Assembly (NCBI GenBank): GCA_963707025.1
Contig: CAVPOM010000005.1
Location: forward strand, 128,001 to 192,000
Direction: 5' to 3'
DNA from: an uncultured Verrucomicrobiae bacterium
GTDB lineage: Bacteria > Verrucomicrobiota > Verrucomicrobiia > Limisphaerales > Palsa-1400
DNA: 64,000 nucleotides
Position 1 is the first letter of the stretch. Each line of letters opens with the position of its first letter. Made by a program: the position numbers and the translations under genes. Of the stretch, positions 19,546 to 29,731 are shown piece after piece. A model generated the notes under the pieces. It searched no databases, was not told where the DNA came from, and was given only the letters and a program-made list of their open reading frames with translations.

Positions 19546-21854
19546 CGGTTTCTCCTCCATCCTGTCGTTGTGTCGTAGTAATCGGACGAGATTGCCAGCG
19601 GCATGTGAACACAATCAAACCGTTCGTCCGGCTCAATGCTATATGCGTGTTCTCGCGGAATTTCAACCATCCGTTGGGCGATCTCGTTGCGCAGCATCCG
19701 AAGTCGCTTTCTCCGAGTCTGCAAGTCGGCCAGTTCATGGGCCGCTGTCAGTTTCTCCCACACTCGTTGATCCGACTCGTCTGTCTCTACAAAGTGGGCA
19801 ATCCGGTTCGGGGCCTCCTCGATAAGTCGGACGGCTTTCGTGTCCCGATCTCGGTCTTCGCCTTCTCCGCGCAATGCCGCAAACTGCATCATGCGCACAG
19901 CCTCCAGAATCTTCTGCGTCGTGTCCTGTCCCAAACGGGACTCTAATCTCTCAAAATACTGGTTCACGAGACTGCGCAGTTCTGGCTCGCGAAACGAGGT
20001 TCTCCTTTGGAATATCTCGCGTACAAGGCCCGAGTGAACCTGTCCATAGATGACGACTCCGCTGTAGCCTTCCAAATCGAAAACATACACTACCCCACGT
20101 TGACCTGTGCCATGCCGGTTGCAACGCCCGGCAGCTTGGATAATCGCATCCAGGGGAGCTAAAGCCCGGAAAACTACGTCAAACGACAGGTCCACACCGG
20201 CCTCGACCACTTGGGTTGCCACGAGAATATGGGGTTGGCGGCAGGAGTTCACCTGTTTCAATATCTCATTGCGATCCTTGGGGCGCAGATTGGTTGAAAG
20301 GTGAAAGAGCCTGTAACCGCGAAGATCAGGCGCCCTCTTTAACGAAGCGTGTAGTTCAAGGGCTTCCCGTACGGTGTTTAGAATGACCAAACATGAGCAC
20401 TGACTGTTCTTGGACAACTCGCTTACGACGCGGCACGTCAGGTTTTCCATGGACAGCGTAGTAGTGATATCCACGTACATGTCATAGCGGTCAAAGACAC
20501 TCACAAATTCCGCTGGATCAACACCGATTTCCTCCCTCTCCGACTGCGAGAAAAGTGCTGGCTGGGTAGCGGTAACCAACAGAATGTCAGTTCCAAATCG
20601 GTGGCTGAGCGACTGGAGTGCTAATCGCAATACCGGCCATAACTCGGCTGGAAAAGCTTGAACCTCATCCAGAATAAGGATTGCCCCTGCCAACTTGCTA
20701 AACCGCCGGGCATTAGCTGACGTGGCGTGGAACATTGCATTAGCGACCTGCACGAAGGTAGTGCAAACGACATCGGCACGCCAACCCTCCACCCAGCTTC
20801 GAGCCAACGATTCCTCGCCGCTTTGTTCCATCTGACCTAGCTCGGCAAGATGATGGTGAACTGCTATGGCGCTCTCATCAACGGGACCATCTCCCCAAAG
20901 CTTGCGGATGACGGCTACGTTTTGGTCAATAATGCTCGTGAACGGGAGCGCATAGATGACCGGGCAAATACACAGACCCGCCTTGATGCGAGCTTGCCGG
21001 CGAGCCAATGCCCAACCCAGTGCGGCAAGTGTTTTTCCTGCCCCAGTGGGAACGGTCAGAGTCCACAAGTGCCCGGAATTCGCCGGATGATCATTAGCGT
21101 GTGCGACCGCCGAAGCATAAACTCGGTTGCGCGCATCTGCAATCGTAGGTTGCGCCGCCGCGCCAAAACTCCGAGCGCTGCGGAATGCTGCGACGTGTTC
21201 CAACGAGAGTTGCGGCGGAGCGTCGAAGGTTCCAACGGCGTATCGGGCGGCCGAATCACGGTCTGCTTCAATGAGACGGCCAAAGTCGCGCAGCGCCGTT
21301 TGAAAGCGCACCATCGTGTCGCCATCGGAACAGGGTTGACGCAGGGCAATGTTCGCTTTCACCCTAAGTTCAATCAGACCACGCCTGTCCAGCACAGGCC
21401 GGACTACCGGCCCGCCAAGCCGTTCCGCAAACCAACCTGCGATTCCCGTAGCGTCCATCGTTCCGAATTGCTGCTGCAACCGATTCAGAGTGTGCTGATC
21501 GGGGTAGGTGGCCCCATCCAGAAGGTCGTCCAAACTCCCGTGATGGCGACGCACAAAGAGGAAAGCCAGTGCTGCATGAACTGCCATCACGCTTTCCCCT
21601 GAGGAAACAATAGGCTGCAGGAACTGCATCAGCCAAAAAGCTCCAACCTCCGCGTGCCAACGCAGCTCCGGCGACACATTCTCTCCATGCAGATAAGCTT
21701 GGAAAAAGCTGGTACCCTTACCAAGATCGTGGAACAACGCCGCCCAAGCCAGCCAGTAGCCATCACCAACATCGAGCCGGCTCCTCACATCCAGCAGATG
21801 GTCAATCAGCAATCGGCCAGGGTGTGATTCACAATGCGGAAATGCAGGTGCCAT
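19542..21854 (-). CDS. cas3: CRISPR-associated helicase/HD nuclease Cas3
   Basis: HLLDV/FHDLGK HD domain, PTGAGKT, DEVQ, TAT, VATQVVEAGVD, QAAGRCNRHG. Confidence 0.95.
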   Translation of the reverse strand: MAPAFPHCESHPGRLLIDHLLDVRSRLDVGDGYWLAWAALFHDLGKGTSFFQAYLHGENVSPELRWHAEVGAFWLMQFLQPIVSSGESVMAVHAALAFLFVRRHHGSLDDLLDGATYPDQHTLNRLQQQFGTMDATGIAGWFAERLGGPVVRPVLDRRGLIELRVKANIALRQPCSDGDTMVRFQTALRDFGRLIEADRDSAARYAVGTFDAPPQLSLEHVAAFRSARSFGAAAQPTIADARNRVYASAVAHANDHPANSGHLWTLTVPTGAGKTLAALGWALARRQARIKAGLCICPVIYALPFTSIIDQNVAVIRKLWGDGPVDESAIAVHHHLAELGQMEQSGEESLARSWVEGWRADVVCTTFVQVANAMFHATSANARRFSKLAGAILILDEVQAFPAELWPVLRLALQSLSHRFGTDILLVTATQPALFSQSEREEIGVDPAEFVSVFDRYDMYVDITTTLSMENLTCRVVSELSKNSQCSCLVILNTVREALELHASLKRAPDLRGYRLFHLSTNLRPKDRNEILKQVNSCRQPHILVATQVVEAGVDLSFDVVFRALAPLDAIIQAAGRCNRHGTGQRGVVYVFDLEGYSGVVIYGQVHSGLVREIFQRRTSFREPELRSLVNQYFERLESRLGQDTTQKILEAVRMMQFAALRGEGEDRDRDTKAVRLIEEAPNRIAHFVETDESDQRVWEKLTAAHELADLQTRRKRLRMLRNEIAQRMVEIPREHAYSIEPDERFDCVHMPLAISSDYYDTTTGWRRNR

Positions 21855-22546
21855 CAGCTAATCTCCAATAAGCTCTCAAGGAGGCCGCGATAGAACGGCC
21901 CGTGGTGTCCATCACATAAGCCTCGTACCGAGTCACTTCGCGGTTGGGTTGCATCACAGCCGGCAGACGAACCCGCTGATAAACCCCGTCCGCGTTCCAG
22001 TGGATTTCGTCTTGTACGTCATCCGAGCGTACAAGCGAAACGAATTCCCGATGATTCTTGTCGCCGGAGACCTCCTCCGCCTCCACGATTTGCACGCCGT
22101 CTCCGAACCAAGCGATCATCCAGGCGAGTCCCAGGCAGGGGGTGTAGCACGATTCCCCATGTTTTAGCGATTCCGCCAATTGACGAGCGAGGGTCGGATG
22201 ACTGAACATCACCCGGTAGCGTGGCTGTCGCAAGACCTCATACCGCACCGTCGTGCGTGGATTCACCGCTTTGAGGCGAAAGCTCGGATTCTGTTTCGTA
22301 TCCACCAGATTGATGGAGACGTATCCTGTGCGGAGTGGGCTCAGAATCTGTAGAACCGAACACCGCTTCGCTATCTTGGAAGTGTGCGAGTGACTCGTTC
22401 TTCGGCAGGCCAAGCACCGCACCGACCAATCCGCAGAGCGCCGTTCGCGGCGGAACGGGATACGTGAGAGCAGTCGTGATCGCGTATTGCCGCCTAAAGT
22501 GCGCCAAGTCGGACGCCACATCGAAGATGACAAACTCTCGACGCAT
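21829..22546 (-). CDS. cas5: Type I-B Cas5 (Cas5h-like); frameshift near 22355
   Basis: FDVASDLAHFRR.....ALTYPVPPRTALCGLVGAVLG, then EVLRQPRYRV...YTPCLGLA. Confidence 0.88.
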
Positions 22547-22547
22547 C

Positions 22548-23617
22548 TTAATCGAACTCCAGCTTATCGGCTTCCGAACCTAGAAATGTCCATTTGCCGT
22601 CCTGCGCCTGCGGCGGTTGTGACAGCTTTAGAAGGTTGTTCCATGCGAAGCGGATTCGTGCGATTTTGTCTTTTCGCTCCGACAAAACCGTATTTAGATT
22701 TGTCAGGTCCAGCGTGACTTGGGTGACGTCACGCAGCTCTTCATCGCGGATTTCACCATCCCCACTCGCGCTCGGTTTGCCCACGTCCACACCGCCATTC
22801 TTGCCACGCTTGAGGTCTAAGAATCGGTCAGAAACGTCCAATATAGTGCTTTGAATTCGCATCGTTATATTCCACCGATCGGAGCAGAAGAGGCCGCTGC
22901 CCCATCTTGGACCGGGTGATCAGGCTCTTCGTGCCATACCAAATCGCCTCATAGAGCTTTTCCTCATCGCGGCTAGTGAGCATCGTGGCTTCGGCCGCTT
23001 TCTGGTTCACGATTCCATAAATGGCGATCAACCCATACGGCAGTACCGTACTCCTCACGAAACGTCTTCTGTTGCGCGCCTTGCCCGGAGGCGAACGCCC
23101 CCGTTCCTTTGATGAACCTCGGCTCAACGCGATGCAGCGATGTTCCCATGGCGAACTGGGCCGCGCCGGTTAGCGTGACGCTTGAGTCCTTCTCGCCCTC
23201 CTTGAGCTTCGAGACCGGTATCGTGCCGCCGAAAAGACGGACATCAATGCACTGCGCGATGACGCCCGCTTTAATGAGATCACGCTTTTGGAGGACGCTC
23301 TTCGCGTTCGCTTTCGCCTCTTTAGAGAGTTGGCTGAAAAAATCCTCTGACCGGTCCTTGCCGTCCTGTATCGTCCCGTCCTCCTTTTCGATCTGGCGGC
23401 AAAAGATTTCCTCTCCGCCATAAGCCCGCAAGTAGTCGCGGATCGTCCGTTTCAAACGGACATCGGACACCTTGGCTCTTCCGGATTCCAAATCCATTCT
23501 CGGCCGGTTCTCGTCATTCGGATCGCCATTCGGATTTGCGTCGGCGATGTCGTACACAAATAGGATCTCAGTGCGTGTCGTGATGTGTCCTGGTTCCTCT
23601 GCTGTTGTTGCATTCAT
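22548..23617 (-). CDS. cas7: Type I-B Cas7 (Csh2-like); two frameshifts at about 23050 and 22870
   Basis: EILFVYDIADANPNGDP..ENRPRMD......VSDVRLKRTIRDYL, DVRLFG, TGAAQFAMG.SLH, LYEAIWYGT...TRSKMGQRP. Confidence 0.9.
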
Positions 23618-23634
23618 GATGTTTGATTCTCCGT

Positions 23635-25566
23635 TCACTGGGGTTGGCTGGTTGGGTTTTCGTCAGCATCCTTCGCGAAACGTGGCCGCAAAGCATGGCC
23701 CAACGTAAAGAAATAGGAAATCTCATCTGGCGAGAGCGGCCACTGGTCTGGTGTCGCTGCAAGGGCGGCCGCGGCACACTCCAATAAGCCGCTTACTTTT
23801 CGCTCCTGCTCAATTCCGTATGCCTTTGCCTTGTCCATAGCCGCGACAAACAGACCCTGCACATCCGAGCGATCTATGCGAAACCCCTTCAGTTTTCCCG
23901 AAAAAGGAGTCGCGCCTCGCATGTGCGCCTGTATTTGTTCAATCCGGCTGCAACATGCACCCACTAGGAATGCCGCTTGCGGCGCGGGATCAGTTCGCAG
24001 CTTTCCCGACGCTTGGTCGAGGACCTTGCGCACTCGGTTGGCTTGGTCAGAATCACCATAATCAACTTGCATATTTTGTTCTCTCCTCTCTGTATCTGGG
24101 TTGGTCAATGTTTCGAAAAACAAAATTGTGCGAAACAAATCTGCGAGACGAAACTGCCACGCCTTGCCTGCCCGATAGTCGTCCTGAACCCATCGCATAC
24201 CGACTTGAAGCAGCCGACGGGTCGAAAACTCCCGCAGTTCCAAGGCTGCCCGTGTGGCGGCCAAGAAATCGTTATCAAAATTGCTGCCTCCATGGGCGGC
24301 TGGGAATACGTTGCGGAGAGAACCGAAGGTGAATTGGCCGTTCGCGAATGAACCCGGGCTTGATGCATTGAGCCATGGATGGCGATCCACGCGGCTTTTG
24401 GCTTCAAATAGCTCTCGGAACCGAGTCGGCAAAAGCCCGGAGACATATAACGCAGGACGGAACGACTGTGGATCCGGTTGATAAAACAGCAAGTCCACTT
24501 GCAGTAGATTCTTCTCTTGCGACACAACGTAAAACAACTCGTCCTCGGCCGCGGTCAACCGTGCCTGTGCAGTCTTGTTGATCCGCGCATTTATCAGACG
24601 GTCCAAGAACTGGTACGCCATCGTTGGCGTAGGCAGTACAGGTGATGGCAAGAGCAGATACTTGAAACCGTAGTAATCAAAATTCAACTCTTTCTTCACG
24701 CGCTCCCCTGCGAAATCCACTTTGTCGCAGCATTCCCTACAGGCTGGGAAGTTGCGCCAAGCCCCGGATGGATCAAACCCGCCTGACACCGAGCCTGGCT
24801 TGTCCAACGTGTAGAGCTTGAATTGCTGGATTTGCAGTAGGCCCGAAACTTCCGTGTTCGTCTTCCCGCAGATACTGCATTGCCCAATTCCCTGCACTGC
24901 GCCCTTGATGCCCTTCTTCGTTGTCGCGGACTCCTTCCCGGACCGCACCAAGGACTGCTGAAACGTGTCGAAGTCGCCGACGTGTCTTAACGGCTCCTTT
25001 TCTTCCTGCCACGCAACCGAAATAATTGCGGGTTGGGAAACAATCGATTTCTTTTTCGCCACAGGGGGGTTGTACCGTTGGATCTGATCGCGTAGCGCCA
25101 CACGCTTTGCCGTGCTTGATTCGTCATTTGCATTTGCCGAATCCAACCACTCTCGAATCTTTCCAAGCGTCTTGGTCTCTGGTCCAGGGAGATTTACGCC
25201 TCTATCAACCGCATCCCGAATGCTTTCCGACAAACGGACCAGTTTCTTTCTGATTTCCTCTAATAGTGCTGCTTGATACTTCGCGTCGGTATCTCCTTTT
25301 GCGGCCCGCAATCCGGATGTTGGCGTCGCATCCCAACCGTTCGGCGGCCCTTCCCGGTAGAGGTAGGCTCGGCGTTTAACTGGATCGCATTCCTCGACCT
25401 GAATCCGCTGGAAGCCTTTGCCGGAGAAAATCAACAGGAGCACAGTTTTTGTCCGGAATTTCGCCACCGGGTCACGCATATATTGCGCAACCGGGTCGCC
25501 AGCCCCTTTTCCGAGTCCTTCCCGATCCCGGTAAAACGCCCCGAGTTCGGCAAACTGATGGATCAT
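23635..25566 (-). CDS. cas8b: Type I-B large subunit Cas8b (Csh1/TM1802-like)
   Basis: CSICG and FKLYTLDKPG..SGGF...AWRNFPACREC Zn-binding signature, YLLLP, helical C-terminal domain (AFLVG, ISYFFTLG). First gene of the cas operon. Confidence 0.85.
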   Translation of the reverse strand: MIHQFAELGAFYRDREGLGKGAGDPVAQYMRDPVAKFRTKTVLLLIFSGKGFQRIQVEECDPVKRRAYLYREGPPNGWDATPTSGLRAAKGDTDAKYQAALLEEIRKKLVRLSESIRDAVDRGVNLPGPETKTLGKIREWLDSANANDESSTAKRVALRDQIQRYNPPVAKKKSIVSQPAIISVAWQEEKEPLRHVGDFDTFQQSLVRSGKESATTKKGIKGAVQGIGQCSICGKTNTEVSGLLQIQQFKLYTLDKPGSVSGGFDPSGAWRNFPACRECCDKVDFAGERVKKELNFDYYGFKYLLLPSPVLPTPTMAYQFLDRLINARINKTAQARLTAAEDELFYVVSQEKNLLQVDLLFYQPDPQSFRPALYVSGLLPTRFRELFEAKSRVDRHPWLNASSPGSFANGQFTFGSLRNVFPAAHGGSNFDNDFLAATRAALELREFSTRRLLQVGMRWVQDDYRAGKAWQFRLADLFRTILFFETLTNPDTERREQNMQVDYGDSDQANRVRKVLDQASGKLRTDPAPQAAFLVGACCSRIEQIQAHMRGATPFSGKLKGFRIDRSDVQGLFVAAMDKAKAYGIEQERKVSGLLECAAAALAATPDQWPLSPDEISYFFTLGHALRPRFAKDADENPTSQPQ

Positions 25567-25936
25567 CTTGACCGCCTCCCTTTCTCAGCACACACAATAA
25601 GCCTTCGTTGGCAGCCGAGTTGCTCATGGCCTGTCGCGCCATCGAAAAAACGGTCGAAGCCCGGCGAGTTCATCGCTCACCGCCTTCCCCGACTTCACTC
25701 TCAAGATGTCCGATCCTGAATTGCATGAAATCACCTTATTCGCGCCAAAGTGGGACCCGCATTGGGTCATTTCCCGGCGTGGTTTTATCCTTGTATCAGA
25801 ACGACTTGCGGAATGCGAGCATAAAAATGACGGTTTGCAGCATTATTCAAGAGACGCTGATTTGCCGCACGGTTCATGCATCATTCCAGAGGTGGCGCTT
25901 GCCGTTCTTGGCCACAAGTTTCAAAATCAGCGCACG

Positions 25937-28123
25937 GTGCAAAACACAGCCACACCACTGCCGGAGAGCCTTTCGGGGCTGATCGAGCGCGTCACGTTTT
26001 TCGACGAGGACGGCGGATTCGGTGTGCTCAAGGTCAAAGCCCAGGGGCACCGTGACCTGGTGACCGTGGTCGGCTCCCTGCCGTCCGTCAGCGCCGGGGA
26101 ATGGCTCACGGCCCAGGGCCGCTGGGTTCAGGACCGGGAATATGGGCAGCAGTTCCGGGCCGAGATGCTGACCAGCACGCCGCCGACCAGCAAGGAAGGC
26201 ATCGAGAAATACCTGGGCAGCGGCATGGTTAAGGGCATCGGGCCCGTTTACGCCAAGAAGCTCGTGGACAGATTTGGCGAGGGTGTTTTTGACATTATTG
26301 AGAAGGCGTCTGCCCGCCTGGAGGAGGTGGACGGTATCGGCCCAAAGCGCCGGAAACGAATCAAAGCGGCCTGGGACGAACAAAAGGTCGTCCGGGACAT
26401 CATGCTTTTCCTCCACTCCAACGGCGTCAGCACCAGCCGGGCCGTGCGCATTTACAGGACGTATGGCGAGGCCGCCATTGAGAAGGTCCGCAACGACCCG
26501 TACCGACTGGCCAAGGACATTCACGGCATTGGTTTCAAGACTGCCGACCAAATTGCGCGGAAGGTAGGCATCCCGGTAGATTCGCTGGTCCGCGCCTGCG
26601 CCGGATTAAACCACGTTTTGCTGGAGGCAACCGGTGACGGCCATTGTGCCCTGCCGGTGGAACTGCTCAAGGACAAGGCCGGAAAGCTCCTGTTGGTGGA
26701 GGAGAAGATCGTGGCCGACGCTTTGGAGCGCACGGTGGCCAGCAACGATCTGGTCAAGGAAACGATCAACGGGCAGGAGTTGGTTTTCCTGCCGCACCTG
26801 AAACGGGCGGAGGAAATAGTCGCGGACAGGATCAGGAGTCTCGCCAGATCGCCTTCATCCTTCCCACCAATTGACTTCGAGAAGGCGGTCGTGTGGTGTC
26901 AGCAGAAAACCGGCAAGGAGCTTGCCCCAAGCCAGCGGGATGCGCTCAAGCTGGCCCTGACGAGTCGAGCCTTGGTCATTACGGGCGGGCCGGGGACTGG
27001 CAAAACGACCCTCCTTAACTCCATTCTGCTGATTCTGCGGGCAAAGAAAGTGCGGTGTTTGCTCTGCGCGCCCACGGGCCGGGCGGCCAAACGACTTTCC
27101 GAGGCGACCGGCGTGGAGGCCAAGACGATCCACAGGCTGCTTGAAGTCCAGTCCGCCGCAGGCCGTTTTGCCCGAAACGAGGCTAATCCTCTGGACTGTG
27201 ATGCCCTTGTTGCGGACGAGGTCTCTATGATTGACGTTGTTCTCATGGCGAATCTGCTCCGTGCCTTGCCGGCGAAGGCCAGCCTGCTGCTGGTGGGCGA
27301 CATCGACCAATTGCCTTCCGTGGGGCCTGGCATGGTATTGCGGCATGTGATCGAAAGCAAAGTCGTGCCGGTAGTGCGGTTGACCGAGGTCTTCAGACAG
27401 GTGGCCCACAGCCGGATCATCGCCACCGCCCACCGAATAAATGGAGGACGGATGCCGGAGGTTCCCGGCAAGGAAACCGATTCTGATTTCTATTTCATCG
27501 ACCGAGCGGAGCCGGGGCAGATTGCGGACACGCTGGTCGAGATGGTCAAGACGCGCATCCCGGCCAAATTCCGGCTTGACGCTATTCGGGACATCCAGGT
27601 GCTCTGCCCGATGAACCGGGGATCACTGGGAGTCCGCGAATTGAATGTCCGGCTCCAGAATGAACTCAATCCTGCCCGCGCCGATGAGCCGGTCGTGGAG
27701 AAATTCGGCTGGCATTTCCGTCCCCGGGACAAAGTAATCCAGACCGAGAACGATTATGACAAAGACGTGTTCAATGGCGACATTGGGCAGGTCGTGAAGA
27801 TCGACCCAGTTGAACGGGATGTCACAATCCGGTTCGACCAGCGGGAGGTGGTTTACGATTTCGGAGAACTTGATGAAGTCTCGCTTGCCTACGCCATCAC
27901 CATTCATAAATCGCAAGGATCGGAGTTCCCGGCCGTGGTCATCCCGTTGGCAACGCAGCAATACCTGCTTTTGCAGCGCAACCTCGTTTACACGGGGATT
28001 ACCCGGGGCAAGAAGCTGGTCGTGCTCATCGGTCAGCGAAAGGCGCTGGGGATGGCGGTGCGAAATAACCGGACGGAAAATCGGTTCTCTGGACTGCTGG
28101 CGCGCCTACTCACACCGGGCTAA
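25937..28123 (+). CDS. recD2: ATP-dependent RecD2-like DNA helicase
   Basis: SGLIERVTF, YLGSG.VKGIGP, HhH motifs, TGGPGTGKTT, APTGRAAKRL, TIHRLL, GDIDQLPSVG, YAITIHKSQGSEF. GTG at 25937 is preferred over the ATG at 25706. Confidence 0.93.
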   Translation: MQNTATPLPESLSGLIERVTFFDEDGGFGVLKVKAQGHRDLVTVVGSLPSVSAGEWLTAQGRWVQDREYGQQFRAEMLTSTPPTSKEGIEKYLGSGMVKGIGPVYAKKLVDRFGEGVFDIIEKASARLEEVDGIGPKRRKRIKAAWDEQKVVRDIMLFLHSNGVSTSRAVRIYRTYGEAAIEKVRNDPYRLAKDIHGIGFKTADQIARKVGIPVDSLVRACAGLNHVLLEATGDGHCALPVELLKDKAGKLLLVEEKIVADALERTVASNDLVKETINGQELVFLPHLKRAEEIVADRIRSLARSPSSFPPIDFEKAVVWCQQKTGKELAPSQRDALKLALTSRALVITGGPGTGKTTLLNSILLILRAKKVRCLLCAPTGRAAKRLSEATGVEAKTIHRLLEVQSAAGRFARNEANPLDCDALVADEVSMIDVVLMANLLRALPAKASLLLVGDIDQLPSVGPGMVLRHVIESKVVPVVRLTEVFRQVAHSRIIATAHRINGGRMPEVPGKETDSDFYFIDRAEPGQIADTLVEMVKTRIPAKFRLDAIRDIQVLCPMNRGSLGVRELNVRLQNELNPARADEPVVEKFGWHFRPRDKVIQTENDYDKDVFNGDIGQVVKIDPVERDVTIRFDQREVVYDFGELDEVSLAYAITIHKSQGSEFPAVVIPLATQQYLLLQRNLVYTGITRGKKLVVLIGQRKALGMAVRNNRTENRFSGLLARLLTPG

Positions 28124-28485
28124 TGCCCGCCAGTGACCGTGTAACCGGCCCGGCGCAAATCCTCCGCCAAGTCCTTTTCCATCTGCGTGGCAGCCTCATA
28201 CGGCATCGGGTTCAGGTGCTCATACAATTCCGGCAGAAGGCGGAGGCCGTAGCGTTTGACCACCGCGGCTGCTTTGGTTCCCGCCTTATGGTTGGCGAAA
28301 CGTTCCTCCGGGGTCAGCCCTGTCATCCCAACGTAGATGCAGGTTTTCTTGGGATTGCGCTTCGGGTTTTCGGCACGAACTTTTCGCATTTTGCAGACCG
28401 CCGGCTCAAGCAGCACGACGTAAACATTGTGATGGTGCTCCGGCAGTTGGCCGGGGCGGAGTCGCTTGAGCGTTCGACGCTTCAT
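28120..28485 (-). CDS. GIY-YIG-like small protein
   Basis: VYVVLL...IYVGMTG..PEERF..HK.G pattern. Confidence 0.65.
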   Translation of the reverse strand: MKRRTLKRLRPGQLPEHHHNVYVVLLEPAVCKMRKVRAENPKRNPKKTCIYVGMTGLTPEERFANHKAGTKAAAVVKRYGLRLLPELYEHLNPMPYEAATQMEKDLAEDLRRAGYTVTGGH

Positions 28486-28557
28486 TCGGCATCCATCGGG
28501 AAATCTGGTTCGTCGTCATCCAACCTAAATTAATTCCGTCCACCATAAGCACGGCAA

Positions 28558-29007
28558 TCAATCGCTGTTCCGCCAAGTAAGCAAAACGTCGCCCCGGAAC
28601 CCAACTATACCCAAACACAGGTACGTGGGGCCGGTCAAGGTCATCCATATCCACGCCTCCTGGCTTTGTTGCATCCGATCCCGATTCACTTTGAATGGAA
28701 CTCCTTTGCGCTGATTTCTGCATGCATCGCTGACCCAGGCTTCGATCAAATCGGCCGTCTCAGCGTCTATCTCACTATCACACCAGCCACCCCACTTCGG
28801 CCCGGTGAAGTGGCGTTCAAGACATTCTGTGCTCCACCGTATTGGGACAAACACCCCCTCCATGCCATGATCATTGCACGCATGACCGCCAACTTGGTTG
28901 TAAATCCACACCCCCGATTTGCAGGGCACAATTAAGCCCGCGCCATGGTATCCGAGCAGGTCAATTTTGGGCAAATGTTCCTCGTTTTCAAAAATGTTCT
29001 CGTCCAT
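28558..29007 (-). CDS. Hypothetical protein (DUF6210-like)
   Basis: GLIVPCKSGV...NQVGG.AC....EGVFVP...EAW...LTWRNSD. Confidence 0.6.
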   Translation of the reverse strand: MDENIFENEEHLPKIDLLGYHGAGLIVPCKSGVWIYNQVGGHACNDHGMEGVFVPIRWSTECLERHFTGPKWGGWCDSEIDAETADLIEAWVSDACRNQRKGVPFKVNRDRMQQSQEAWIWMTLTGPTYLCLGIVGFRGDVLLTWRNSD

Positions 29008-29119
29008 ACGTCAAATAAATCTGGTTGGTTCTGCTTCCATCAGCTTTCGGCGCGCGGTGATTCCCTGGCCCTGGCCAACCGATTATCAGCCTCGGGAATT
29101 GCCTCACGCTTTTTTATTT

Positions 29120-29323
29120 TCACCATAGCCATACGACGAGGGAATACAGGCCACCCATCAAGATCGCCCACCCGGCCAGACCGATGGCATAGCCTTTCCA
29201 GGTTGTGCCCCAAACGCGCCAGTGGTCCAGCGAATGAACATCCCAATATCGAAACAGGTGGGGATCGAAATGGGCGGTCACCCGCACCAATAAAATGAAC
29301 GGCAAGAGGACAATGATTTTCAT
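29120..29323 (-). CDS. Small membrane protein (may extend to 29040 via frameshift)
   Basis: Two hydrophobic segments, located within a co-oriented gene string. Confidence 0.4.
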   Translation of the reverse strand: MKIIVLLPFILLVRVTAHFDPHLFRYWDVHSLDHWRVWGTTWKGYAIGLAGWAILMGGLYSLVVWLW

Positions 29324-29326
29324 GCG

Positions 29327-29731
29327 TCAAGAAGGCTCCCCCGATTCCAGTTCGTAGAGCATTCGGCTCACTTGCTCCTCCGTCATCCCGTTCAATCTCC
29401 GCCGCATGGCTTCGGCAATGCTCTCTCCTCGGTTCCGCTGTATTTTCCCAGCGTCCAAAAGTGCTGCCAGCCGTTGCAAGGCGCGAGACCGAAAGTCCTC
29501 TTCCGGGTCCGTGCCTGATTCGGGTTCAAGAAATGAACCGGTGACACCACCCGGGCCCCAGCCGAGATCCTCGTCGATCTCCGCCCCGCTCTGGCGTTCG
29601 AACTCCCAAGCGCCGCAAATAATGCGATCTGCCGTGAGCTGGGTCACCTTCAACCGCATCGGTTTCGGAATTCCCCCGAACCAGCGCAAGACAAAATCCC
29701 CAACTGCTATTTCTGCAAGTTTTTTGCTCAT
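29327..29731 (-). CDS. Hypothetical protein
   Basis: Clean 134-aa ORF coupled to the upstream gene (ATGA). Confidence 0.6.
   Translation of the reverse strand: MSKKLAEIAVGDFVLRWFGGIPKPMRLKVTQLTADRIICGAWEFERQSGAEIDEDLGWGPGGVTGSFLEPESGTDPEEDFRSRALQRLAALLDAGKIQRNRGESIAEAMRRRLNGMTEEQVSRMLYELESGEPS

Noticed and set aside
25567..25936. CreTA-like mini-array or isolated repeat near the cas promoter
   Set aside because: No recognisable degenerate repeat copy was found here or between the cas genes.
25706..25936. 77-aa N-terminal extension of RecD2
   Set aside because: Family similarity begins only after the GTG at 25937. The extension is probably the divergent promoter region.
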